Shown in pieces: positions 10,784 through 20,635 of a DNA stretch of 64,000 bases. The notes beneath the pieces were generated by a model that saw only the letters and a list, made by a program, of their open reading frames with translations, was not told the origin of the DNA and searched no databases. Both the position numbers and the translations under genes were made by a program. The stretch comes from Nitrobacter sp. (GTDB lineage Bacteria > Pseudomonadota > Alphaproteobacteria > Rhizobiales > Xanthobacteraceae). The stretch spans positions 67,417 through 131,416 of the forward strand of contig NZ_JBPPLY010000009.1 of NCBI RefSeq assembly GCF_051535215.1, read 5' to 3'. How positions within the stretch are numbered: the first letter of the stretch is position 1; each line of letters opens with the position of its first letter.

Positions 10784-12109
10784 TCACGGATTGGTGCGCT
10801 CGAACTGGCGCAACAGCTCGTTGCCGCGCTGAACCGCCTCATCCATGGCGGCCTGCGCGCTTTTTTTGCCGCTGAAAGCCTGTTCGAGTTCATCTTCGAT
10901 GACAGCGCGGATCAAAACGAATGAGCCGAGCCGCAATCCTCTCGAATTCTCGGTCGGCGGCTTCAGTGTCATCTGTTCGATCGCGATCGCGGATCCTGGA
11001 TTGCGATCGTAAAAGCCCTGCGCGCGGGTGAGATCGAACGCTGCGCGGGTGATCGGCAGGTAGCCGGTGTTCTGATGCCAGGCCGCCTGAACCTCAGGCT
11101 TCGACAGGTAGGCGAAGAATTTCGCGACGCCCTTGTATTCCTCGCGCGGGCGATCGCGCAGCACCCATAGCGTGGCGCCGCCGATGATGGTGTTTTGCGG
11201 CGCGCCTTTGACATCCGGCCAATAAGGCAGCATGCCGTAGCCGACCGCGAATTTGCTGTTGGCGATGATGTCCGCGCGCGTCGCCGAGGAGCCCATGAAG
11301 ATGCCGCATTCGCCATGCTGGAAACGAGGCTCGGCGGTCGTCCCCCGCCCGCTGTAGTCGAAGATCTTGGTTTTCTGCCATTCGGCAAGCTGGGCGACGT
11401 GGCGGACCATCAGCGGATTGTTGAAAACGAGGACGGCGTCGAGCCCGTCGAACCCGTTGCTGCGGGTGGCGATCGGCAGGTTGTGCAAGGCGAGGAAGCT
11501 TTCGACATTGACCCATGACGGCCACGACGTGGTGAAGCCGCAGGGGACGCCGGCTGCGCGCAGCTTTTTCGCGGCCTCGCCGAGCTCCGGCCACGTCTTC
11601 GGCGGCTTCTCGGGATCAAGGCCGGCGGTGCGGAACAGATCCTTGTTGTAATAGAGGATAGGCGTCGAGACATTGAACGGGAACGACAGCAGGTTGCCGG
11701 CGACATCGGCGTAGTATCCGGTGATGGCCGGAAGATAGTCCGCCGGGGAAAACGCTTCTTTCTCGTCGTGCATCAGTTCGAAGACCGGATAGGTCGCGCC
11801 CTGGGCCGCCATCATGGTGGCGGTGGCGATTTCGTTGACCTGAACGATCGCGGGTTGGCTTCGCGACCGGAACGCGAAGATCGCAGCGTTCACCGTCTCG
11901 GTGTAGTTGCCCTTGTAGGTGGGCACGATCCGGTATTCGGATTGCGATTCATTGAATTTGGTTGCGAGCCGTCCGAGTTGCTGGCCAAGTTCGCCAGACA
12001 TCGCGTGCCACCACGCGATCTCGGTGACGGCGTGTGCCGGAGCCGGCATCGTCGCCGTGAACTGCAGCGCGCAGAACAGCAGCGCCAGTTTCCATGCCGG
12101 TGTCCGCAT
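10784..12109 (-). CDS. ugpB: sn-glycerol-3-phosphate ABC transporter substrate-binding protein (orphan, no permease adjacent)
   Basis: Signal peptide, 'WWHAMSGEL', 'YKGNYTET', 'PFNVSTPILYYNKD', 'IIGGATLWV', 'WHQNTGYLP'. Confidence 0.88.
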   Translation of the reverse strand: MRTPAWKLALLFCALQFTATMPAPAHAVTEIAWWHAMSGELGQQLGRLATKFNESQSEYRIVPTYKGNYTETVNAAIFAFRSRSQPAIVQVNEIATATMMAAQGATYPVFELMHDEKEAFSPADYLPAITGYYADVAGNLLSFPFNVSTPILYYNKDLFRTAGLDPEKPPKTWPELGEAAKKLRAAGVPCGFTTSWPSWVNVESFLALHNLPIATRSNGFDGLDAVLVFNNPLMVRHVAQLAEWQKTKIFDYSGRGTTAEPRFQHGECGIFMGSSATRADIIANSKFAVGYGMLPYWPDVKGAPQNTIIGGATLWVLRDRPREEYKGVAKFFAYLSKPEVQAAWHQNTGYLPITRAAFDLTRAQGFYDRNPGSAIAIEQMTLKPPTENSRGLRLGSFVLIRAVIEDELEQAFSGKKSAQAAMDEAVQRGNELLRQFERTNP

Positions 12110-12389
12110 CGTGTCTGTCCTCCGCCTGCGGCAGGGCGAACGGCGCCGCTGCCATGACGTCCTGATTAAGACCAACTTGCGGACGCTGCAATTCATGACC
12201 GCGTGTCACACGACCGCATCGAGGCTCCATCGCATTGAACCTTTTTCTCGCCGGGATGACTCCATCATAGGGAGCGAGCGCCCGGTGTCCCGTCGCGCCG
12301 CCCCGTCTTGGATTTCCCTTGGGTCCCGCTCGCATCGACAGGTGAGACGTCCGGGTCCAGGAGCCTTTTCGTTTATGATAGAAGCGGGG

Positions 12390-12455
12390 CTCCATGATTT
12401 TGTTTTGATTCGCTTTCTTCACGCGAACCGTTATCCACTTCGCTTGAAAACGCTA
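12390..12455 (+). repeat. RIME-like element, family 1 (no insert)
   Basis: CTCCATGATTTTGTTTTGATTCGCTTTCTTCACGCGAACCGTTATCCACTTCGCTTGAAAACGCT. Confidence 0.8.
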
Positions 12456-12564
12456 TAAATCCTTGTCCGGCAGTCCTTTTAAGCCGCTGTTGCCGGAGCT
12501 ATGAAGGCGTGGCGCGGATTGCAGACTGCAAGCCGCACCGCATGGATCCGCAAGGTAGGATAAC

Positions 12565-14658
12565 TTGGTCCCAGCCGACTCCCAAAACGGCACAGGTGCT
12601 GAGCTGCCGGAGCAGGAAGGCTTCGCGGAGAGCCGTTCCGGCATCGTGGGCCTGGTTCGCGCGATACCGATCCGCTGGCGCATTCTCTCGATCGCGGCGT
12701 TGAATTCGGCGGTGGTGCTGGTGCTGGCGCTTTTGATCTGGAGCGGCGCCAAGACCCTGGGATCTGCCTGGGACGACGTCCGTCAGGTCCGGAAGTCCGA
12801 CAAGATCCTCGCGGTTCTCGAGAGCGAGACCGGCCGGCTGCAAAATCTGATCCATCGCTACATCAACCAGCCCAGTCCCGATCTGTTCGCGGAAATCCTG
12901 CTGTTGCGCGAGGCCGTGCTCGGGACCTTGAGCACGCGTGCCTCGACCGACCCGATGTTGTCGGGCTCGGTCGACGAACTGGAGCGATCCACCGAACATT
13001 TCCTCAGCGGGTTCGGCGAACTGCGCGCATTACAGACGAACATCACCAGGACCTATGAGGACCAGATCCTGGCGCCAGCCAAGGATATGGCAGGACTCTA
13101 CTCGATCATCGAGGGTGCGACCGGCCACCGGGAGGCCCCGATCTGGCCGACGCTCAAGAAGTCCCGCGAGACATTCACCGCGATGCTGGTGACCGCGAAT
13201 GCCTACTATCTGGCGCCGGCATCGACCAGCGCGGACGAGGTCCGCCGCAATACCGATGCGATCGAACGCACCATTCCGGCGATGATCGAGTTTTCGGACA
13301 ACGATCTGCAGCGCGAGGCGCTGAAGAAACTCAAGAGCCGGACAGCGGCGCTGCATGACGGCATCGGAAACCTCTCCGAATTGCTGACCAAGCGGACGGA
13401 CCTGCTGCGCAACTCCATCGATGCCAGCCAGGCGCAGACCATCGCTGCGATCGACGGTCTCTCGGTCAAGATGCGCGAGCGCGAGCAGGGCGCGCAGATG
13501 ACGTTCGACAACACGCTTTCGGATATTTCCCGCAAGATGCTGTCGATCGCCGCTGTCTTCCTCGCGATCATTATTGTCGCCGGTGTCGTCATCGCGCTCA
13601 GCATCCGCCTGCCTTTGCGGCAGATCATGTCGTCGATGCGCGCGATCATGTCCGGCGATTACGATCGCAAGGTGGCGGGCACCGACGCGCGGGACGAGAT
13701 CGGCGCCATGGCGCGCGCTGTCGAGGTGTTCCGTAAGAACGCCATCGCCAAGCGTGATGCCGAGGACGAATTGCGGGCATCGAAGGAAAGGGCCGAGAGC
13801 GCCCTGCTGGAACTGAATGCGGCGCAGCGGAACCTGATCGACGCGGAGCGGCTCGCCGCGCTGGGCGGGCTGGTCGCAGGCGTCGCGCACGAAGTGAACA
13901 ATCCGATCGGAATCAGCCTGACGGTGGCGTCAAGTTTCGCGCGTCGCGCCGACATGTTTGATGCCCAACTGCACTCGGCAGCCCCGCTGAAGCGGTCGCA
14001 GCTCGAGGAATTCGTGCGGACCTGCCGCGATGCCGCCCAGCAACTGGTGGCAAACCTGCACCGTGCGGGGGAACTGATCCAGTCCTTCAAACAGGTCGCC
14101 GTGGACCGGTCTCATGCCGAACGCCGCCAGTTCAATTTGAGCGAATCCACCGATCAGATCGTCGCGAGCCTGCGCCCGGTGCTCAAGCGGTCGCCGATCA
14201 GCATCGTGGTCGACGTTCCGGAAGGTCTGATGATCGATGGTTTTCCCGGCTCGTACGGGCAGATTTTAACCAATCTCTTTCTTAACGCCGTCAATCATGC
14301 GTTTCCGGACGGACGGTCCGGCGCGATTTCCATCGCGGCGAAAGCGCGCGCCAATGATGACATCGAGATCATTTTTGCCGACAATGGCGTCGGTATGACG
14401 CCGGACGTCCAGCGGCAGGCGTTCGATCCCTTCTTCACCACGCGCCGCAACGAGGGTGGCACCGGCCTTGGATTGCATATCGTCTACAATCTCGTCACCC
14501 AGCAGCTCGGCGGCCGAATGACGGTGAAATCAGGGCCGGGACAAGGTACGACTTTTCACATTATCATGCCGAGGGCCGCCGTGGGCGGTGGTGCGGACAC
14601 GGATGAAACCGATAGTGAGACCAAGCAATGGCCGACCAGGATGACGTCCTCCACCTGA
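12565..14658 (+). CDS. Membrane sensor histidine kinase (2 TM, periplasmic helical domain, HAMP, HisKA, HATPase)
   Basis: Two TM segments, HAMP 'RDEIGAMARAVEVF', H-box 'VAHEVNNPIG', 'NLFLNAVNH', 'DNGVGM', 'GGTGLGLHIV'. TTG start is uncertain. Confidence 0.9.
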   Translation: MVPADSQNGTGAELPEQEGFAESRSGIVGLVRAIPIRWRILSIAALNSAVVLVLALLIWSGAKTLGSAWDDVRQVRKSDKILAVLESETGRLQNLIHRYINQPSPDLFAEILLLREAVLGTLSTRASTDPMLSGSVDELERSTEHFLSGFGELRALQTNITRTYEDQILAPAKDMAGLYSIIEGATGHREAPIWPTLKKSRETFTAMLVTANAYYLAPASTSADEVRRNTDAIERTIPAMIEFSDNDLQREALKKLKSRTAALHDGIGNLSELLTKRTDLLRNSIDASQAQTIAAIDGLSVKMREREQGAQMTFDNTLSDISRKMLSIAAVFLAIIIVAGVVIALSIRLPLRQIMSSMRAIMSGDYDRKVAGTDARDEIGAMARAVEVFRKNAIAKRDAEDELRASKERAESALLELNAAQRNLIDAERLAALGGLVAGVAHEVNNPIGISLTVASSFARRADMFDAQLHSAAPLKRSQLEEFVRTCRDAAQQLVANLHRAGELIQSFKQVAVDRSHAERRQFNLSESTDQIVASLRPVLKRSPISIVVDVPEGLMIDGFPGSYGQILTNLFLNAVNHAFPDGRSGAISIAAKARANDDIEIIFADNGVGMTPDVQRQAFDPFFTTRRNEGGTGLGLHIVYNLVTQQLGGRMTVKSGPGQGTTFHIIMPRAAVGGGADTDETDSETKQWPTRMTSST

Positions 14659-16370
14659 TCGACGATACCGAGGCTGACCGCCCGGAAGCCTCGACGGTGC
14701 GCAAATGGAAGGTCGCCGTGATCGACGACGACCGGGCCGTGCACGAGGGCACCCGCTTTGCGCTGAGCGACTACAGCCTCAACGGTCAGACCCTGGAGAT
14801 CCTGTCGGCCTATTCCGCCGCCGAGGGGCGCGAGCTGATGCGCGCGCATCCCGATATCGCCGCGGTGCTGCTCGACGTCATCATGGAGACCGATGCCGCC
14901 GGCCTTGACCTCGTCGAGTTCATTCGCAACGAACTCAAGAACGAAACCGTGCGTATCATCCTGCGCACCGGGCAGCCGGGGCAGGCGCCGGAGCGCCGGG
15001 TGATCGTCGATTACGACATCAACGATTACAAGGCGAAAACCGAACTCACCGCGGACAAGCTGTTCACCTCGCTGACCGCGGCGCTGCGCAGCTATCAGCA
15101 GCTCGAGCGCATGGTGCAGACCCGCCGCGGTCTCGAGATCATCATCGACGCCGCTTCGACGCTCTATGACTTCAAGTCGATGCAGCGCCTCGCGGAAGGC
15201 GTCCTGACGCAGATCGCGTCACTGTTGAACGTCGATTGCGCAGGGATTCTGGTGCTGCGCGACGGCGGTGCGGTCAATAATGATTTTTCAGTGCTGGCGG
15301 GATCTGGCTGCTACAGCGGCCTCATCGGATCCGCAGGGCAGGCACCGCTCGATTCCGATCTCAAACAGACCGTCGAAGCCGCCTTCAGGCGGCGCAAGCA
15401 CGAATTCGTCGATCACCGTTCCGTGCTTTATATCCGGACCGGCAGCGGACGAGAGGTCGTGATTTTGCTGCAGGCCGAGCGCGATCTGTCGGATACCGAC
15501 CGCTCGCTGGTCGAAATCTTCGGCAGCCGGCTGTCGATCGCATTCGACAACGTGATCCTCTATCAGCAATTGCAGGACGCCAACGCCCAGCTCGAAGACC
15601 GCGTCGCGCAGCGCACCCGTGCGTTGATGCAGGCCAACCGGAGGCTTTCCGCGCAATGGCTGCGGCTGCAACGGGCCAACGGATTCAAGAACGAGATTCT
15701 CGGTACCGTCGCCCACGATCTGAAAAATCCGCTTGGCGTTATCCTGGGCCGTACCGAAATGCTTGTCGAACTGATCGGCGCGGCTTCGTCCAGGGACACC
15801 GTCACCTCGCAGGTGGACCATATCCGGGATGCGACCAGGCGTCTGATTACGATGGTCGACCATTTGATTTCCGACGCCATGGCCGACGCCTTCGATATCA
15901 CCATCCGTCGCGAGCCGGTCGATGTCGCGGCGCTGGTCGCAGAAGTCTCCGAAGCCAACCGGCCGTCCGCGATCAACAAGCAGCAGACCATCGCGGTCTC
16001 GGCGCCCACCGGCCGCTTTACGATGTGCGACCAGGACCGGATGCGCGAGGCGATCGACAATCTCCTCAGCAACGCCATCAAATACAGCCCGGTCGGCGGC
16101 AAAATCACGCTGCTGGTCGACTACGACGCGGAGCACACTATCATCCGTGTCACCGACGAGGGCGCCGGGCTTTCGCCGGAGGATCTGGGGCGGCTGTTCG
16201 GCCGCTTCCAGCGGCTGTCCGCAAAACCCACCGCCGGCGAGAGCTCGACCGGCCTCGGCCTCTCAATCGTGAAACGGATCGTCGACATGCATGACGGCCA
16301 GATCAATGCCGACAGCGGCGGCCCCGGACAGGGCTCGAGCTTCACCATCATCCTGCCCGCGACAGCCTGA
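14628..16370 (+). CDS. Hybrid REC-DUF3369-like-histidine kinase
   Basis: REC 'AVIDDD...LLDVIMETD...IILRTGQPGQAPE...YKAK', then H-box 'VAHDLKNPL', 'NLLSNAIKYS', 'DEGAG', 'STGLGLSIV'. Confidence 0.88.
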   Translation: MADQDDVLHLIDDTEADRPEASTVRKWKVAVIDDDRAVHEGTRFALSDYSLNGQTLEILSAYSAAEGRELMRAHPDIAAVLLDVIMETDAAGLDLVEFIRNELKNETVRIILRTGQPGQAPERRVIVDYDINDYKAKTELTADKLFTSLTAALRSYQQLERMVQTRRGLEIIIDAASTLYDFKSMQRLAEGVLTQIASLLNVDCAGILVLRDGGAVNNDFSVLAGSGCYSGLIGSAGQAPLDSDLKQTVEAAFRRRKHEFVDHRSVLYIRTGSGREVVILLQAERDLSDTDRSLVEIFGSRLSIAFDNVILYQQLQDANAQLEDRVAQRTRALMQANRRLSAQWLRLQRANGFKNEILGTVAHDLKNPLGVILGRTEMLVELIGAASSRDTVTSQVDHIRDATRRLITMVDHLISDAMADAFDITIRREPVDVAALVAEVSEANRPSAINKQQTIAVSAPTGRFTMCDQDRMREAIDNLLSNAIKYSPVGGKITLLVDYDAEHTIIRVTDEGAGLSPEDLGRLFGRFQRLSAKPTAGESSTGLGLSIVKRIVDMHDGQINADSGGPGQGSSFTIILPATA

Positions 16371-16371
16371 T

Positions 16372-17112
16372 ATGAACCGGAATCCGCATATCATTGTCGT
16401 CGACGACGAGGCGCCCGCCCGCGAAATGGTCGGGGACTACCTCAAGATGCACGGCTTCGCCGTCACGTTGTGCGACGGCGGCAAGAGCCTGCGCGAGGCC
16501 ATCGGCATCGCGACGCCAGATCTCGTCGTGCTCGATCTCAACATGCCGGAAGAAGACGGGCTTTCGATCATTCGTGACCTCAAGGGCCATACCAACGTGC
16601 CGGTGATCATGCTGACGGCGACGGCCAGCCCGATCGATCGCGTGGTCGGCCTCGAACTCGGCGCCGACGACTATGTGGCGAAACCCTGTGAACTGCGCGA
16701 ACTGATGGCGCGCATCCGCTCGGTGCTGCGGCGGAGTGCGCCGAAGATGGAACCGTCGCAGCCGGTCACCGCCGCCACCAGGCCTGCGGCCAGGCAGCTC
16801 GTCCGCTTCGGCATCAAATGGCTCGATCTCGACGCCCAGGTTCTGCGTGACGACGAAGGCAATGAACATCCGCTTACCGCATCGGAATTCAGCCTGCTGA
16901 AAGTTTTCGCCGCCAACCCCAAGCGGGTTCTGTCGCGGGAGCGGCTGTTGGAACTCGCCAATGCCCGCGACAGCGAAGCCTTCGATCGCGCCATCGATCT
17001 GCGTATCATGCGGATACGGCGCAAGATCGAGCCTGATCCCGCGAAACCCGCGGTGATCCGCACCATCCGCGGAGGAGGCTATCTGTTCTCGCCCGCCGGC
17101 GACAAAACATAA
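16372..17112 (+). CDS. OmpR-family response regulator
   Basis: 'IIVVDDE', 'VLDLNMP', 'LELGADDYVAKP', wHTH 'RAIDLRIMRIRRKIE', 'IRTIRGGGY'. Confidence 0.93.
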   Translation: MNRNPHIIVVDDEAPAREMVGDYLKMHGFAVTLCDGGKSLREAIGIATPDLVVLDLNMPEEDGLSIIRDLKGHTNVPVIMLTATASPIDRVVGLELGADDYVAKPCELRELMARIRSVLRRSAPKMEPSQPVTAATRPAARQLVRFGIKWLDLDAQVLRDDEGNEHPLTASEFSLLKVFAANPKRVLSRERLLELANARDSEAFDRAIDLRIMRIRRKIEPDPAKPAVIRTIRGGGYLFSPAGDKT

Positions 17113-17356
17113 GCGGGCGGCGGTGGGCGTTCGGGCCCTGATGGTCTGGCGAGACCTGGTGGAAGGCTGCAAAGCCGGTCTCTACGGCTAAAGTATAATG
17201 ACATTAAAATGATTGGGATTTTACCGCCGATTGTTTCGTCGCCGGCGAGGGGACGAAACAATTTCATCTCGCGCGAAACCATTTTCCGCTTGTCGTGCAG
17301 ACGTCCTGAAACCGTGACCGGCTAAAAATCTGCCCAACAAATAAAGGGGAGCCGTC

Positions 17357-17968
17357 ATGCAAAACGTCATTGCGATAAATGCTGCCGCCCGCCAAGGCAT
17401 TATCGCTGCCCAGGCGACCACAGACGAGATGCTGCTTGAGCAGATCGCCGACGGCGACCGCACGGCGATGCACACCCTTTATCTTCGCCATAACGTGCGG
17501 GTCTATCGTTTCGTGCTGCGCAGCCTCCGGGACGCAACCGCGGCGGAAGATATCGTCAGTCAGGTCTTTCTCGACGTATGGCGCACCGCCGACCAGTTCG
17601 AAGGCCGTTCACGGGTCTCGACCTGGCTGCTCTCGATCGCCCGTTTCAAGACGCTGACCGCGATGCGCCAGCGTCGCCACGAAGATATCGATCAGGAGAA
17701 TGTCCGCGAAATCGCCGACGGCGCCGATACGCCCGAGACCACCCTCGATCGCAGCAACGTCAGCGCCATTCTGCGCGCCTGCATCGCCAAGCTGTCGCCG
17801 GCCCATCGCGAGATCATCAACCTCGTCTACTATCATGAGAAAACGGTCGAGGAGGCCGGTGAGATCATCGGTATCCCGCAAAGCACCGTCAAAACGCGCA
17901 TGTTCTATGCCCGCAAGCAGCTTGCTGAGCTTCTGAAAGGCGCTGGCATCGCGACGATCGCAGCCTGA
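17357..17968 (+). CDS. ECF-type sigma-70 factor
   Basis: Region 2 'AAEDIVSQVFLDVWR...FEGRSRVSTWLLSIAR', region 4 'GIPQSTVKTRMFYARKQL'. Confidence 0.92.
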   Translation: MQNVIAINAAARQGIIAAQATTDEMLLEQIADGDRTAMHTLYLRHNVRVYRFVLRSLRDATAAEDIVSQVFLDVWRTADQFEGRSRVSTWLLSIARFKTLTAMRQRRHEDIDQENVREIADGADTPETTLDRSNVSAILRACIAKLSPAHREIINLVYYHEKTVEEAGEIIGIPQSTVKTRMFYARKQLAELLKGAGIATIAA

Positions 17969-18281
17969 CCGGCAATCGCATTCCGATCGCCGGCTCATCC
18001 CTCTGCGGGTGGCACGGAATACCTCTGTGCTCCGGCGTTCCGCCAACCGCGGCGGGCTGTCCATTGGATACGACGGATTGGTTTTGCCGCGCGGTGCGAT
18101 CCGATGGCGCTCGCCCGTACCGCGGCGATGTTTCGTGAAAATTTTAGAATTTCAGTCCGGTGGTGCGATCGCTTGCCATCGCACCGCCGCTGATATTCTA
18201 TGCGGCATGTGATTTTGACGGGGACACTGGCGGCGGAGCATTCGCTGCCTTTCCGGCGACATTCAGCGAGGAGAGCAAGCG

Positions 18282-18881
18282 ATGATCGGGTTTCGGGACC
18301 TGACCCTGGCGGTTTCTGCCGTGGCCTGTCTGCTGCTTTCGGCGACGCATGGCTTTGCGCAGCAGCCGCGGCCCGATGTCGGCGATGAGCCTGGCCTCGT
18401 CGCCGATGATTCGTTTCAGCTCGACCCCGAATACCGCAAGCAGGTGGTGCTCTACCGGACCACGGAGCCGCCCGGCACCATCATCATCCAGACCGCGGAA
18501 CGCCATCTCTATCTCATTCAGGGCAACGGTCGCGCAATCCGTTACGGCATCGGCGTCGGGCGCGAAGGTTTCCAGTGGCAGGGCATTCTCAACATCACGC
18601 GCAAGGCGGAATGGCCGGACTGGACCCCGCCCCCGGAAATGATCGCACGGCAGCCCTACCTGCCGCGCTTCATGGCAGGCGGTCCCGGCAATCCGCTGGG
18701 CGCGCGTGCGATGTATCTCGGCACGACGGTGTACCGCATCCATGGCACCAACCGCCCCGATACGATCGGCACCGCGATCTCCTCGGGCTGTTTCCGCCTG
18801 GTCAATGCCGATGTCGCCGATCTCTATGACCGTGTTCCGGTCGGCACGCGCGTGATCGTGCGGCAAAAACCCCAGCTTTGA
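18282..18881 (+). CDS. L,D-transpeptidase (YkuD family)
   Basis: Signal peptide, 'RYGIGVGREG', 'NPLGARAMYL', catalytic 'YRIHGTN...SSGCFRL'. Confidence 0.93.
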   Translation: MIGFRDLTLAVSAVACLLLSATHGFAQQPRPDVGDEPGLVADDSFQLDPEYRKQVVLYRTTEPPGTIIIQTAERHLYLIQGNGRAIRYGIGVGREGFQWQGILNITRKAEWPDWTPPPEMIARQPYLPRFMAGGPGNPLGARAMYLGTTVYRIHGTNRPDTIGTAISSGCFRLVNADVADLYDRVPVGTRVIVRQKPQL

Positions 18882-18931
18882 TTTATCACCACGTCGGCGC
18901 CGAAATTTTCTGATCTTGCGAGGGGGCATTC

Positions 18932-19969
18932 ATGCGGACATTCCGAAGCGGCCTTTTGATAGGGCTCGCCATCGCCACCGCCGTTGCGGTCATCGCGATC
19001 GCCTACGAGCGCTACGACACCAAGACCCTGAAACGGACACTCCGGCGCGACGCCGTGTGGTGCGGGGTCAACACCGGTCTTCCCGGCTTTTCGAATTCGG
19101 ATGAAAAAGGCAACTGGTCCGGCTTCGACGTGGATTTCTGCCGTGCCGTCGCCGCCGCCATCTTCGACGATCCGACGAAGGTGAAGTTCGTCCCGCTCGA
19201 CGCCAGCGAACGCTTCAAGGAATTGCAAAGCCGCAAGATCGATATTCTCGCCCGCAACTCGACATGGAGCATGTCACGCGAGACCAATTACGACCTCTAT
19301 TTCCCGGCAGTCGCTTATTATGACGGCGAGGGCTTCATGGTTCGCACCTCGCGAAAGGCCGACTCCGCGCTCGACCTCGGCGATACGAAAATCTGCGTGC
19401 AGGATGGCACGACCACGAAACTCAACCTCGCGGATTACTTCAAGGCCAACAACCTGAAATATGAGGAGGTCAAATTCGGGAAGCTGGAAGACATGCTGAA
19501 GGCCTATGACGAGGCCAAATGCGATGTGGTGACCGCCGACGTGTCCCAGCTTTATGCGTTGCGCCTGCGGCTGACCAAGCCCGGCGAAAGCTTCATCCTG
19601 CCCGACGTGATCTCGAAGGAGCCGCTGGCGCCGGTTGTCCGTCAGCGCGACGACGACTGGATGATGATCGTCAAATGGACCCTCTACGCGATGATCAACG
19701 CCGAGGAACTCGGCATCACATCGAAAAACATCGATGAGGCGATGAAGTCGACAAAGCCCGACGTGATGCGTCTGGTCGGTACCGAAGGGGAATACGGAGA
19801 GGATCTCGGTCTGACCAAGGACTGGGCGGCCCGCATCATCCGCCATGTCGGCAATTACGGCGAGGTCTATGACCGCAATATCGGCGCTGACTCGAAGCTG
19901 AAGATTCCCCGTGGCCTTAACCAGCTCTGGAATGCCGGCGGCATTATGTACGCTCCGCCGCTGCGGTAG
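18932..19969 (+). CDS. General L-amino acid ABC transporter substrate-binding protein (AapJ/BztA-like, orphan)
   Basis: 'CGVNTGLPGFS', 'GFDVDFCRAVAAAIF', 'ISKEPLAPVVRQ', 'VGNYGEVYDRN', 'RGLNQLWNAGGIMYAPP'. Confidence 0.88.
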   Translation: MRTFRSGLLIGLAIATAVAVIAIAYERYDTKTLKRTLRRDAVWCGVNTGLPGFSNSDEKGNWSGFDVDFCRAVAAAIFDDPTKVKFVPLDASERFKELQSRKIDILARNSTWSMSRETNYDLYFPAVAYYDGEGFMVRTSRKADSALDLGDTKICVQDGTTTKLNLADYFKANNLKYEEVKFGKLEDMLKAYDEAKCDVVTADVSQLYALRLRLTKPGESFILPDVISKEPLAPVVRQRDDDWMMIVKWTLYAMINAEELGITSKNIDEAMKSTKPDVMRLVGTEGEYGEDLGLTKDWAARIIRHVGNYGEVYDRNIGADSKLKIPRGLNQLWNAGGIMYAPPLR

Positions 19970-20089
19970 GCCACGCGCAAGGAACTGATTGCAGCGAGGT
20001 CATGGGCGGTCTTGATCCGCTCTGATGCCTCCACAAATAAGAAGGCGCCGGGCCGGGCCCGGTGAAGGCTTGAGCTACGGAGGTGCGCC

Positions 20090-20587
20090 ATGCCCGATGC
20101 GTCGATTCCTGTCGTCGCTGCTACCCGGATCGGGCACGTTCATCTCAAGGTCGCCGACCTCGAACGTGCGCTCGGCTTCTATTGCGGCGTGCTGGGCTTC
20201 GAATTGATGCAACGCGACGGTGATCAGGTCGCGTTCATTTCCGCCGGCGGCTATCATCATCACATCGGACTGAACACGTGGGAAAGCAAGGGCGGTTCGC
20301 CGCCCGCTCCCGGCACGACCGGGCTATTTCACACGGCGATCCTGTATCCGACGCGCGCCGCGCTGGCTGATGCGCTGCATCGGGTTCGCAGCGCCGGCAT
20401 TCCGCTCGATGGCGCCAGCGACCACGGCGTCAGCGAGGCGCTGTACCTGCGCGATCCCGACCAGAACGGCGTCGAGCTTTATTGGGACCGCCCGCAAGCG
20501 CAATGGCCGCGCGACGCAAACGGCGGCTTTGCGATGTTCACGCGCCGGCTCGATCTCGATGATCTTCTTCGCCAGCGCGAGGCCTAG
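20090..20587 (+). CDS. VOC/glyoxalase-family protein (CatE-like domain)
   Basis: 'IGHVHLKVADL', 'GGYHHHIGLNTWES', 'GLFHTAILYP', 'DHGVSEALYLRDPDQNGVELY'. Confidence 0.85.
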   Translation: MPDASIPVVAATRIGHVHLKVADLERALGFYCGVLGFELMQRDGDQVAFISAGGYHHHIGLNTWESKGGSPPAPGTTGLFHTAILYPTRAALADALHRVRSAGIPLDGASDHGVSEALYLRDPDQNGVELYWDRPQAQWPRDANGGFAMFTRRLDLDDLLRQREA

Positions 20588-20635
20588 ATCGTCCGCTCAC
20601 AATGTACGGACTCGTCGGCCGGCGCGGGCGCAATG

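Noticed and set aside
12185-12215. Pho box upstream of ugpB
   Set aside because: The TCAT/TCAC half-sites are 13 bp apart rather than 11 and match CTGTCAT poorly.
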